Below are positions 1 to 8,901 of a DNA stretch of 64,000 bases, one piece after another (the first letter of the stretch is position 1; each line of letters opens with the position of its first letter). Source of the DNA: a virus; IMG/VR virus record IMGVR_UViG_3300017917_001914, positions 35,207 through 99,206 of that record, one strand, 5' to 3'. The position numbers and the translations under genes were made by a program. The notes under the pieces were generated by a model. It made no database searches. It had not been told where the DNA came from and was given only the letters and a program-made list of their open reading frames with translations.

Positions 1-2
1 CC

Positions 3-752
3 CCTCCGTTTATTACCATTGTAAGAAATCCTGAAGTTAAATTCGGAACTAATCCTGCATTACTTTATAACATTCCAAATAGAAAACAATATTTTTATGC
101 TCAAGTACCTACTTGGGATGGAAATAGAAATGGTATGGACATATATAAAATACCTCAACCTGTTCCGGTAGACATTACATATTCTGTTAAAATTATTTGT
201 AATAGAATGAGGGAATTAAATGCTTTCAATAAAAACATTCTTGAAATGTTTGCATCTCGTCAAGCCTACACAACAATCAAAGGTCATTATATTCCAATCA
301 TAATGAATAACATTACTGACGAATCAGTTATGAATATTGATAAAAGAAAATATTATATTCAAAGTTATGATTTTACAATGTTAGGATTTTTAATTGATGA
401 AAATGAATTTGAAGTTACACCGGCAGTTTCAAGAGTTTTAACTGTTATTGAATTTGAAAAAGAATCCTTTATGAAAGGACGAAGAAAAAATATTACAGAT
501 GAAGGGACTGAAACAAATATTTTATTTGTTGTTGGTAACAATACTATTTCACAAGTTTTTGATTATACCGTTGATTTAAATTTAGGTGAAACAACTAATA
601 TTGAATCATTTGATGTGTACTTAAATAATCAATATTATGGGTCTGATTTATATCAAATACAAATCAACACCAATGATGTTTTGAAAATTGTTGTGGTTAA
701 AAATGATGATACTTTAGAAGGTTCTATTGTGTTACAAAACCAATTAGTTTAA
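3..752 (+). CDS. Tail terminator / tail completion protein (T4 gp15-like), 5'-truncated by the window edge
   Basis: The frame is open from base 3 (PPFITIVRNPEVKFG...) through the listed ORF 135..752. PQPVPVDITYSVKI and Y-D-F-T-M-L-G-F-L segments resemble gp15-like terminators, and the gene lies just before the sheath gene. Confidence 0.6.
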   Translation, partial: PPFITIVRNPEVKFGTNPALLYNIPNRKQYFYAQVPTWDGNRNGMDIYKIPQPVPVDITYSVKIICNRMRELNAFNKNILEMFASRQAYTTIKGHYIPIIMNNITDESVMNIDKRKYYIQSYDFTMLGFLIDENEFEVTPAVSRVLTVIEFEKESFMKGRRKNITDEGTETNILFVVGNNTISQVFDYTVDLNLGETTNIESFDVYLNNQYYGSDLYQIQINTNDVLKIVVVKNDDTLEGSIVLQNQLV

Positions 753-913
753 TCCTCACCGTAGATATCCTTCTTTTCCTTACATTTATCAATAATCATT
801 CTTTCTAAAAAACGATACATTTTAATCCCCCTCTTTTCACAATAGGTCTTTAGGATATTATGAACCTCAATTGATATCTTTAGGTTCTTTATTTTTTTTT
901 CGTTATCTGCCAT
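749..913 (-). CDS. Small ribbon-helix-helix DNA-binding protein (54 aa), not in the ORF track
   Basis: Manual translation: MADNEKKIKNLKISIEVHNILKTYCEKRGIKMYRFLERMIIDKCKEKKDIYGED*. It shows an alternating beta-strand (KNLKIS), helix A (EVHNILKTYCEKRG), a G-x-x turn and helix B, the CopG/Arc/omega RHH pattern. Confidence 0.75.
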   Translation of the reverse strand: MADNEKKIKNLKISIEVHNILKTYCEKRGIKMYRFLERMIIDKCKEKKDIYGED

Positions 914-942
914 GGTAGAATAAAGGCAGAATTTATTCTACC
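914..942. promoter_or_regulatory. Putative operator: 11-bp inverted repeat abutting the RHH start codon
   Basis: GGTAGAATAAA-GGCAGAA-TTTATTCTACC, giving three GGYAGAA units (direct, direct, inverted). Confidence 0.6.
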
Positions 943-948
943 TAATTT

Positions 949-999
949 ATAAATACTTCTTACGAAGTAAAGTATTTTGGTTTTTTTTATAATATTTAT
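949..999. promoter_or_regulatory. Back-to-back putative late promoters (TATTTAT on - at 949-955 and on + at 993-999)
   Basis: The same heptamer precedes many structural genes in the window. An imperfect palindrome AAATACTTCTTACGAAGTAAAGTATTT (951-977) lies between the two copies. Confidence 0.5.
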
Positions 1000-1036
1000 C
1001 AATAAAAATAAATTTACAAATAAAAAAGACAAACTA

Positions 1037-4000
1037 ATGGCATCAAATCAAAAAGTATTCGTATCTCCTGGAGTATATACTTCTGAAGTTGATTTAAGTT
1101 TCGTAGCACAAAGTGTGGGGGTTACCACATTGGGAATTGTAGGTGAGACCTTAAAAGGTCCAGCTTTCGAACCTATCTTTATACGAAATTTTGATGAATT
1201 CACAAATTTCTTCGGTGGAACTTCTCCAGAAAAATTTATAAATACACAAATTCCAAAGTACGAAGCGGCTTACATTGCCAAATCCTACTTACAACAATCT
1301 AACCAATTATTCGTAACGAGAGTGTTAGGATTATCTGGTTATGATGCAGGCCCATCTTGGTCTATAACAACTAAAGCTAATGTTAACCCAACAACGGTTG
1401 ATTTCTTTTGTGAAAGTGCAACTACAGTTAATTGTGTTAATGAATGTGTTGACTTTAAAACTATAAACTATTCTGTTGATTTCTCGGCATGTACAAATAG
1501 TGTTGATAGTGTAATATTCACAAACACATCTAACTTACCGGCAGAAATATCTACAATTTTATATGAACCTTACGAACAATTTGATGGTTCTACAAGTTCA
1601 TTATATCAAGATATGTCTAAACAAATTTTTGATATTGTTTCAACACCGGCGAAAGAAGATACTTCAATCTATTACTACGGAGCAATACCAACTAGTGTAT
1701 ATTCAGGATTAAGTGAGGTATATACAGGTGAAACTAATGTTTATGAGGTTGATAATGTAAGTGCTAACTTATGTAATTATTCAGCACCTCAAAATGACCC
1801 TTGGTATTATTCATTATTTGATAATGTGGGTAATGCTGTTTATACAGGATATTCGTTTTGGTCAGTTGTAACAGGTTTAACATTAACACCTATTATTACA
1901 ACAACAACATCAACATCAACTACTACTACAACTACAGACCCTTGTACGACAACTACTTCAACCTCAACTACTTCAACAACAACGGCAAAACCGGTTAATT
2001 GTTATACAGGTACATTGATTGGGGTAATTTATGTTTATTCAGGAACTGCATATACTGATTATGATGATTTAGTAATTGCAACACTTCGTTCAAGAGGTTT
2101 ATCAACATATGGTCTTGATGATGGCCCTGTTTATGAAGTACCGGGTGGTGTTGATGGATATGGTAATTTTGATGGTTCAGCGGTTACTTTAGATTGTACA
2201 GGAACATATTCAGGAGTTACTAAGAATCCATTCTCAACTTTTGGAGTTAATATAACAAGTAAAGATGGTGACCAATATTTCTTTGAAACATCATTCTCTA
2301 ATTCTGATTCAAAATACATTAGTAAAGTATTTGGTTCAACTAACTTCTCTAAACCAAGAACTGTAGTTCCATTATTTGTTGAAGAAAGATTCCAAGCTTT
2401 ATTAACAAATGCTTGGAGAATGGGTTATATTAGAGGTTTAAATTGTGAATTAACGGCATTACCTGATGCTAGACAAGCTAAAGACCCTACGTCAATTGCG
2501 TTTTACTTAGAAAAATATCAATCTCCGGTATCTCCATGGGTTGTATCTGAATTAAGAGGTAATAAAGTTTATAACTTATTTAAATTTACTACAATTGCTG
2601 ATGGTGATTCTGCGAATGTTGATATTAAAATATCGTTAGCTAACATGTCATTTAATAATGGTACGTTTGATGTATTAGTAAGAGATTTCTTCGATACTGA
2701 TTCGGCACCTGTTGTTCTTGAAAAATATACTAATTGTAGTATGAACCCTCAAGACAATTCATTTATTGGTAAGAAAATTGGTAGTTTAGATGGAGAATAT
2801 CCATTATTATCAAGTTATATTATGGTTGAAATGAATGAGGATGCACCGATAGACGCACTTCCTTGTGGATTCTTAGGTTATGATTATAGAGAATATGCTG
2901 GTGTAAGACCACCATTCCCATTAATCAAAACTAAATATTACTATCCTGGTGAAGTTGTTTACAACCCACCATTTGGATTAGCATCAGGAGCGGATGACGC
3001 AACAACAAGTGCAGGTGATAATGTAAGAAGAACTTACTTAGGTATTTCAGATACTGAAGGTATAGATGTTGATTTCTTCCAATATAAAGGAACACAACTT
3101 CCATTAGACATTTGTAATGATACAGAAGGATTACCTTGGAACTTTAGAACAAGAGGTTTCCACATGGATAAAAATGCGAGTGGTATTACTATTCCAAATA
3201 TATTTGTAACTAGTGGTACACCGGCATTCTTTGTTGGTGATGCAACATTTACCTCAGACCCTGATAGTGAAGAAAATCCTTACTACAGAATTTTCGCACG
3301 TAAATTTACATTATTAGTTAAAGGTGGTTTTGACGGATGGGATATCTATAGAGAATTTAGAACCAATAAAGATGAGTTTATGTTAGGTAGAAGAGGTTAC
3401 TTGAAAGGTGCTTGTCCTACTATCAAATATCCAACAGCTACAGGTTGGGGAGCATTTAAACAAATCATTGTTGCTGATAATACTCAAGATTACGCTAACA
3501 CAGATTATTACGCATATTTATTAGGTCAACAAACATTTGCAAACCCTGAGGCGGTAAATATTAACGTATTTGTAACACCTGGTATTGATTATGTAAATAA
3601 CTCTAATTTAGTTGAAAATGCAATTGATATGATTGAATATAGTAGAGCGGATTCATTGTACATATGTACTACTCCTGACTACAATATGTATGTTCCATCA
3701 AATAGTAATCAATTAGATTTTATTTACCCTCAAGAGGCTGTAGATAATTTAGCTAATTCAGGTATTGACTCTAACTACACAGCTACTTATTACCCTTGGG
3801 TATTAATGAGAGATACGGTTAATAATACACAAATTTATATACCGGCAACGGCTGAAGTTACAAGAAACTTAGCGTTAACCGACAACATTGCGTTCCCTTG
3901 GTTCGCTGCGGCGGGTTATACAAGAGGTATTGTAAACGCGGTTAAAGCGAGAGTTAAATTGACTCAAGAGAATAGAGATACTCTATATCAAGGTCGTTTA

Positions 4001-4390
4001 AATCCAATCGCAACTTTCTCTGATGTTGGAACAGTAATTTGGGGTAACAAAACTCTTCAAATTAGACAATCGGCTCTTGACAGAATCAACGTAAGAAGAT
4101 TATTACTTCAAGCACGTAAATTAATATCTGCAGTTTCTGTTAGATTATTATTTGAACAAAACGATGCTAAAGTAAGACAAGATTTCTTAGATTCAGTTAA
4201 CCCAATATTAGATTCGATAAGAAGAGATAGAGGTCTTTATGATTTCCGTGTAACAGTTTCGTCTGACCCAGCTGATTTAGACAGAAATCAAATGACAGGT
4301 AAGATTTATATCAAACCAACCAAATCGTTAGAATTTATAGATATTACGTTCTATATTACTCCAACCGGAGCGTCTTTCGAGAATATATAA
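1037..4390 (+). CDS. Contractile tail sheath protein with large insertion domains and a poly-Thr tract
   Basis: N-terminal FVSPGVYTSEVDLS and GETLKGPAFEP; C-terminal PWFAAAGYTRG, WGNKTLQ, LDRINVRRLL, IKPTKSLEFIDITF. The start is reassigned from 977 to the ATG at 1037 (MASNQK), after an A-rich leader. Confidence 0.96.
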   Translation: MASNQKVFVSPGVYTSEVDLSFVAQSVGVTTLGIVGETLKGPAFEPIFIRNFDEFTNFFGGTSPEKFINTQIPKYEAAYIAKSYLQQSNQLFVTRVLGLSGYDAGPSWSITTKANVNPTTVDFFCESATTVNCVNECVDFKTINYSVDFSACTNSVDSVIFTNTSNLPAEISTILYEPYEQFDGSTSSLYQDMSKQIFDIVSTPAKEDTSIYYYGAIPTSVYSGLSEVYTGETNVYEVDNVSANLCNYSAPQNDPWYYSLFDNVGNAVYTGYSFWSVVTGLTLTPIITTTTSTSTTTTTTDPCTTTTSTSTTSTTTAKPVNCYTGTLIGVIYVYSGTAYTDYDDLVIATLRSRGLSTYGLDDGPVYEVPGGVDGYGNFDGSAVTLDCTGTYSGVTKNPFSTFGVNITSKDGDQYFFETSFSNSDSKYISKVFGSTNFSKPRTVVPLFVEERFQALLTNAWRMGYIRGLNCELTALPDARQAKDPTSIAFYLEKYQSPVSPWVVSELRGNKVYNLFKFTTIADGDSANVDIKISLANMSFNNGTFDVLVRDFFDTDSAPVVLEKYTNCSMNPQDNSFIGKKIGSLDGEYPLLSSYIMVEMNEDAPIDALPCGFLGYDYREYAGVRPPFPLIKTKYYYPGEVVYNPPFGLASGADDATTSAGDNVRRTYLGISDTEGIDVDFFQYKGTQLPLDICNDTEGLPWNFRTRGFHMDKNASGITIPNIFVTSGTPAFFVGDATFTSDPDSEENPYYRIFARKFTLLVKGGFDGWDIYREFRTNKDEFMLGRRGYLKGACPTIKYPTATGWGAFKQIIVADNTQDYANTDYYAYLLGQQTFANPEAVNINVFVTPGIDYVNNSNLVENAIDMIEYSRADSLYICTTPDYNMYVPSNSNQLDFIYPQEAVDNLANSGIDSNYTATYYPWVLMRDTVNNTQIYIPATAEVTRNLALTDNIAFPWFAAAGYTRGIVNAVKARVKLTQENRDTLYQGRLNPIATFSDVGTVIWGNKTLQIRQSALDRINVRRLLLQARKLISAVSVRLLFEQNDAKVRQDFLDSVNPILDSIRRDRGLYDFRVTVSSDPADLDRNQMTGKIYIKPTKSLEFIDITFYITPTGASFENI
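1889..1993 (+). repeat. Poly-Thr/Ser mucin-like tract in the sheath (PIITTTTSTSTTTTTTDPCTTTTSTSTTSTTTAKP)
   Basis: ACA/ACT/TCA codon run, directly visible. Confidence 0.95.
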
Positions 4391-4397
4391 TAAATAA

Positions 4398-4430
4398 AAT
4401 TATGACCCATTGTAATAGTGGGTCATAATT
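4398..4430 (+). terminator. Stem-loop after the sheath gene (terminator or mRNA-stabilising hairpin)
   Basis: AATTATGACCCAT-TGTAATA-GTGGGTCATAATT; no clear U-tract. Confidence 0.5.
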
Positions 4431-4446
4431 AAGCCAAATAACAATT

Positions 4447-5268
4447 ATGTTAAAGAATAAAATTTTAAGAGAAGGTATTGATGAGGTGGGAGCACCTGAT
4501 GAAAAATACTACGCATTTGATTGGGATGATAATATTGTTACTATGCCAACCAAAATTATTTTAAAAGATGATGGAGGACGTGAAGTAGGTATGTCAACTG
4601 AAGATTTTGCGGACTATAGAACTGAGATTGGGAAAGAACCTTTCGAGTATGAAGGACATACTATAGTAGGTTTTGCAGATGAACCATTCAGATATTTTAG
4701 AGATAAAGGAGACAAACAATTTATTGTTGATGCTATGTTAGCAAAACCAGGGCCGGCTTGGCCTGATTTTGTTGAGGCGATAAACAATGGGTCTATTTTT
4801 TCGATAGTGACTGCAAGAGGTCATAACCCTAATGTCCTTAAACAAGGAGTTTATAATTATATTGTTTCAAATACCAATGGTATTGATTCAAATGAATTAG
4901 TTAAAAATTTAGAAAAATATAGAGATTTGGCGGATGAGGAAGAAATATCTAAATCTGAAATGATTAAAGAATATCTTGATATGTGTCGTTTTTATCCGGT
5001 GTCTTTTGGTGAGGGTTCTGCGACTAACCCTGAAGAAGGTAAGATTAATGCTTTAAAAGAATTTGTTAGTTATGTTAAAGATGTTTCAAAAAAAATTCAA
5101 AAGAAGGCTTTCTTAAAAAATAAGATAAGTAATTATTTTGTACCAAAAATAGGTTTTTCTGATGACGATTTAAGAAATGTGGACGTAGTTAAAAAACATT
5201 TTGAGCAAGACCCAGAAAATATTATTAAAACTTATTCAACAGCAGGAGGAATAAAAAAAGAATATTAA
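4447..5268 (+). CDS. HAD-superfamily phosphatase-like protein
   Basis: Motif I AFDWDDN, motif II VTARG, motif III Lys (EEGKI), motif IV GFSDDD. Confidence 0.7.
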   Translation: MLKNKILREGIDEVGAPDEKYYAFDWDDNIVTMPTKIILKDDGGREVGMSTEDFADYRTEIGKEPFEYEGHTIVGFADEPFRYFRDKGDKQFIVDAMLAKPGPAWPDFVEAINNGSIFSIVTARGHNPNVLKQGVYNYIVSNTNGIDSNELVKNLEKYRDLADEEEISKSEMIKEYLDMCRFYPVSFGEGSATNPEEGKINALKEFVSYVKDVSKKIQKKAFLKNKISNYFVPKIGFSDDDLRNVDVVKKHFEQDPENIIKTYSTAGGIKKEY

Positions 5269-5286
5269 ATACTTATAATAAAATAG

Positions 5287-5331
5287 AATAAACTAGTAAT
5301 AAAAAAACTAGTATTAAATAAACTAGACTGG
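5287..5331. repeat. Three tandem 15-bp units with an AAACTAG core
   Basis: AATAAACTAGTAATA / AAAAAACTAGTATTA / AATAAACTAGACTGG, with CTAG at 5293, 5308 and 5323. Confidence 0.7.
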
Positions 5332-5437
5332 ATTATAATGATAATAAATTAAAATCTAAAAGTCAATAAAAAATATTTTTTAAATAGAGATATTTATTAA
5401 ATAAAGATAATAAAAATAAAATTAAAAACAATTTGAA

Positions 5438-5926
5438 ATGGCTGATTTATTAATGAAAATGCCCATACCTTACGAACCTAAAAGACAAAATAGGTTTATT
5501 TTACGTTTTCCTTCAACATTAGGGATTAATGAATGGTTCGTAGAATCGGCTGCAAGACCAAAAATAACAATTAATCCGGTAGCAATTCCTTTCTTAAATA
5601 CTGAAACTTATGTTGCAGGACGTTTTACGTGGGGAACTATTAGTGTTAAATTCCGTGACCCAATTGGGCCTTCGGCGTCTCAAGCTCTTATGGAGTGGGT
5701 ACGTTTATGTGCTGAATCAGTTACAGGTCGTATGGGGTACGCTGCGGGTTATAAAAAAAATATTGACCTTGAGATGTTAGACCCAACAGGTGTTGTTGTG
5801 GAAAAATGGATATTAGAGGGAACTTTCTTATCTGATGTTAACTTTGATTCTTTGGGGTATAGTACAGATGCGTTAGCAACAATTTCTGCAACACTTCGTA
5901 TGGATAGATGTATATTAGTTTACTAA
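5438..5926 (+). CDS. Tail tube protein (T4 gp19-like)
   Basis: YEPKRQNRF, YVAGRFTWGTISVKFRD, YKKNIDLEMLDPTG, W-x-L-x-G, LRMD. Size 162 aa, located after the sheath. Confidence 0.92.
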   Translation: MADLLMKMPIPYEPKRQNRFILRFPSTLGINEWFVESAARPKITINPVAIPFLNTETYVAGRFTWGTISVKFRDPIGPSASQALMEWVRLCAESVTGRMGYAAGYKKNIDLEMLDPTGVVVEKWILEGTFLSDVNFDSLGYSTDALATISATLRMDRCILVY

Positions 5927-5954
5927 AATTATAATTTATATTTAAAATTAAAAG

Positions 5955-5983
5955 TCCACATATCAAAAATATGTGGATTTTTT
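5955..5983 (+). terminator. Rho-independent terminator
   Basis: TCCACATAT-CAAAA-ATATGTGGA followed by T6. Confidence 0.8.
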
Positions 5984-6040
5984 ATTAACTATTTATAAAA
6001 AACCATTTAAGATTATATTTTATAATAAAAACAAATTAAT

Positions 6041-6796
6041 ATGGATGAGAGTTTAATTAACGCAGGAACGGAAAATTTCACATTACCACATGATGTGGTA
6101 TCATTACCAAGTGGTGGGATTTTTTATAAATCTAAAAAAAAGTCGGTTAAAGTTGGTTATTTAACGGCATCTGATGAAAATTATTTAATTGGTGCAATAT
6201 CAGGTAAAGAAAATGTTGTTTTAACATTATTAAGAAATAAATTATATGAACATGATTTACGTCCTGAAGAATTGTTAGATGGTGATGTTGAAGCTATTTT
6301 AATCTTTTTGAGAAATACTTCTTTTGGCCCGGAATATATAATTAATTTAGTTGACCCACAAACTAATAAAACATTTAGTCATACTGTTATATTGGATGAA
6401 TTAAATATTAAAAAATCTCAAAATCAACCAGATGAAAATGGTTTTTTCACTACAATGTTACCTAAAACAGGTGTTACTGTTAAATTAAGACCAACAACTT
6501 TTTATGATACTGTTGAATTAGATAAGATGGTTGAACAATATCCGGTTGGAAGACAGGCACCAAGAATTACTTGGAAATTACAAAAACAAATTGTAGAAAT
6601 TGATGGTGATAATGATAAAGGTAAAATAGCTATGTTTGTAGATACGTTACCAATTATGGATTCTAAATATATAAGAACATTTTTAAGAGAAAATGAACCA
6701 TCGTTAGACCTTAAAAGAACTGCAATCGCCCCATCAGGAGAAATGGTATCTTTCGAGATAACCTTTGGGGTGGAGTTTTTTCGGCCTTTCTTTTGA
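6041..6796 (+). CDS. Baseplate hub assembly protein / tail assembly chaperone (gp26-like)
   Basis: LPSGGIFY, LTASDENYL, GDVEAILIFLRNTSFGPEY and the terminal FGVEFFRP. Position is between tube and tape measure. Confidence 0.75.
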   Translation: MDESLINAGTENFTLPHDVVSLPSGGIFYKSKKKSVKVGYLTASDENYLIGAISGKENVVLTLLRNKLYEHDLRPEELLDGDVEAILIFLRNTSFGPEYIINLVDPQTNKTFSHTVILDELNIKKSQNQPDENGFFTTMLPKTGVTVKLRPTTFYDTVELDKMVEQYPVGRQAPRITWKLQKQIVEIDGDNDKGKIAMFVDTLPIMDSKYIRTFLRENEPSLDLKRTAIAPSGEMVSFEITFGVEFFRPFF

Positions 6797-6938
6797 TTAC
6801 CGACAACTTCTAATTGAGGAATATTATTTGATGGCTAGATTTTTAAGAACATCATATAATGACTTCAACGGGATGCCTACATATGTTAGAAAATTTTTAA
6901 TAAACAGAATAATAGACGATAATACACCAAAGACGTAA
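6783..6938 (+). CDS. gp51-like / GT-type chaperone extension, probably reached by +1 frameshift (or a 35-aa ORF from ATG 6831)
   Basis: The +1 frame reads GLSFDYRQLLIEEYYLMARFLRTSYNDFNGMPTYVRKFLINRIIDDNTPKT*. The MPxxxRxxxI pattern resembles gp51-like chaperones, and the frame overlaps the 3' end of the upstream gene at TTT TTT CGG. Confidence 0.65.
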   Translation, partial: GLSFDYRQLLIEEYYLMARFLRTSYNDFNGMPTYVRKFLINRIIDDNTPKT

Positions 6939-6962
6939 ATTAAAATATGTCTTTGGTGTATT
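6921..6962. terminator. 14-bp inverted repeat at the end of the chaperone extension, overlapping a TATTTAT motif
   Basis: AATACACCAAAGAC ... GTCTTTGGTGTATT. Confidence 0.55.
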
Positions 6963-6983
6963 TATTTATAAAACAAATTTAAT

Positions 6984-8864
6984 ATGCAAGACGCGGGAAG
7001 TAATTTAGATTCTAGTGCCAATAAAGGTAAGGACATTCTTAATGAGTTAGGTAAAGCATTAAAAAGTAATTTTAGTGTTGAGGCCATTGGTATGGTTGTT
7101 GCAGAACTTGATACTGGTGCTAGTCTACTATTAAAACAATTTGGTGTTGGTCAAGAAATGGCTCAAACATTAAGAGCAACCATGGCGGATGCTGTTAGTA
7201 ATGTTAGAGCTTTAGGTGGTGATATATCGGACGTTATTAAAACTCAAGAGGCTGCATCAAAAGCGTTAAGTAGAAATGTTATTTTATCTGCCGAAGTTAC
7301 TAAAGACCTTTATGCAACATTTAAAGTAACCGGAATAGAAGCTGGTAGAGTTGTTACGGCTATGAAAGATGTTGGTATTGGTTCAGGAAAGGCGGCTGAA
7401 GAGATGAAAAAAGTTGTTGATATTGCGGTACAATCAGGTGTAAATGCTCAGGCGGTATCTGAAAAAGTTGTCGCAAATATGGATGCACTTAATAAATATA
7501 ATTTTGAAGGTGGTGTATCAGGATTGGCTAAAATGGCGGCACAAGCGACAATGTTAAGAATTGATATGGGTCAAACTTTAGCTTTTGCTGAAAAAGTATT
7601 TGACCCTGAAGGTGCTATTGAAATGGCCGCGGCGATGCAAAGATTAGGGGTATCTCAAAGTAGTTTACTTGACCCATTAAAAATGATGGATTTAGCTCAA
7701 AATGACCCTGCTGAGTTACAAAATCAATTGGCTGAAATGGGTAAACAATTTGTTCAGTTAAATGAAAAAGGCGATTTTGAAATTATGCCGGGGGCAAAAC
7801 GTCAATTAAGAGAAATATCCAAAGCTATGGGTATTCCTTATGAACAATTAACAAAAATGGCGTTAGGTAGTGCTGAGTTGGAAGATAAAATGAGTAAAAT
7901 TCGTTTTCCTGATTTAGATATAGATGAGGACAAACAGAAGATGATAGCCAATATGGCTGAAATGGGTAAAGGTGGTAAGTATGAAGTACAAGTTAAAGAT
8001 GAGGAAACAGGTCAAACAATAACAAAGGCTATTGATGAATTAACTAAAAAAGATGTTGAAAATCTTGAGAAAATGGCTAACACTGCTCCAAAAACTATGG
8101 AGGAATTGGCTAAAGACCAATTAAGTGCTTTAGAATCTATTGCTGCGGATATTAAATCAATGGCTGATAAAACAGGATTGGCTGCTGCAAGAACTAAAGC
8201 GATGGGAACTACTTTAAGTTATGGTAGAGATTTATCAAAAAGTGTTGCAAAAACTCTTTCACCAAAACAATTAGAAACTAAAACTCTTGCTGCAACTATT
8301 GACGCAGGAATTGATAAAAATTTAAACGTTCTTCAAAGATTAACTGATGGTGAAATAACAGCATCTCAAGCAAGAAAAGAAGTTGGTGAAAATTTAACAA
8401 AATTGAATTCATTACTAAAGGCTGCGTATAATGAAGGTCTTGATAGTGCTAAAGAGGAACAAAAAAAATTAAATGAAAAATATCCTGTTCCTGAGCAACT
8501 TATGAGACTTGCAACAGGTGATTTACGTGGGGTTAAAAGTAGTGAAAAACCTCGAACTAATATTACTAGAGAAATTGGAAATGTTAGAAATACATCTTCA
8601 ATACCGACAAATAATACTCAACCTCAATCAAGTAACGTATCTACTGAAAAACCAATTGAAATTACGTTGAATCATAATATTGATTTAAAAACAAATGGTA
8701 ATATTGATACTAATCAAGTTGTTATGGCTCTTAAGAATACAGATGTTCAACAAGGTATGGTTAGTGCCTTAAAAGAAGCTATGTATAATAATGGATTATT
8801 AGCACCAACTTCAAATAAAACACAACTAATGAATCCTAACTTATCTCAAAATTTAGTTGGATAA
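6984..8864 (+). CDS. Tape measure protein
   Basis: Ala/Met/Gln/Lys-rich, predicted helical, 626 aa. It directly follows the tube and chaperone genes. Confidence 0.8.
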   Translation: MQDAGSNLDSSANKGKDILNELGKALKSNFSVEAIGMVVAELDTGASLLLKQFGVGQEMAQTLRATMADAVSNVRALGGDISDVIKTQEAASKALSRNVILSAEVTKDLYATFKVTGIEAGRVVTAMKDVGIGSGKAAEEMKKVVDIAVQSGVNAQAVSEKVVANMDALNKYNFEGGVSGLAKMAAQATMLRIDMGQTLAFAEKVFDPEGAIEMAAAMQRLGVSQSSLLDPLKMMDLAQNDPAELQNQLAEMGKQFVQLNEKGDFEIMPGAKRQLREISKAMGIPYEQLTKMALGSAELEDKMSKIRFPDLDIDEDKQKMIANMAEMGKGGKYEVQVKDEETGQTITKAIDELTKKDVENLEKMANTAPKTMEELAKDQLSALESIAADIKSMADKTGLAAARTKAMGTTLSYGRDLSKSVAKTLSPKQLETKTLAATIDAGIDKNLNVLQRLTDGEITASQARKEVGENLTKLNSLLKAAYNEGLDSAKEEQKKLNEKYPVPEQLMRLATGDLRGVKSSEKPRTNITREIGNVRNTSSIPTNNTQPQSSNVSTEKPIEITLNHNIDLKTNGNIDTNQVVMALKNTDVQQGMVSALKEAMYNNGLLAPTSNKTQLMNPNLSQNLVG

Positions 8865-8901
8865 AATAAAGTACAATCTATTTATAGATAAATAATAATA
8901 T

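Noticed and set aside
977-1036. N-terminal extension of the sheath ORF (MVFFIIF...)
   Set aside because: It runs through the promoter and A-rich leader; the conserved sheath start fits ATG 1037.
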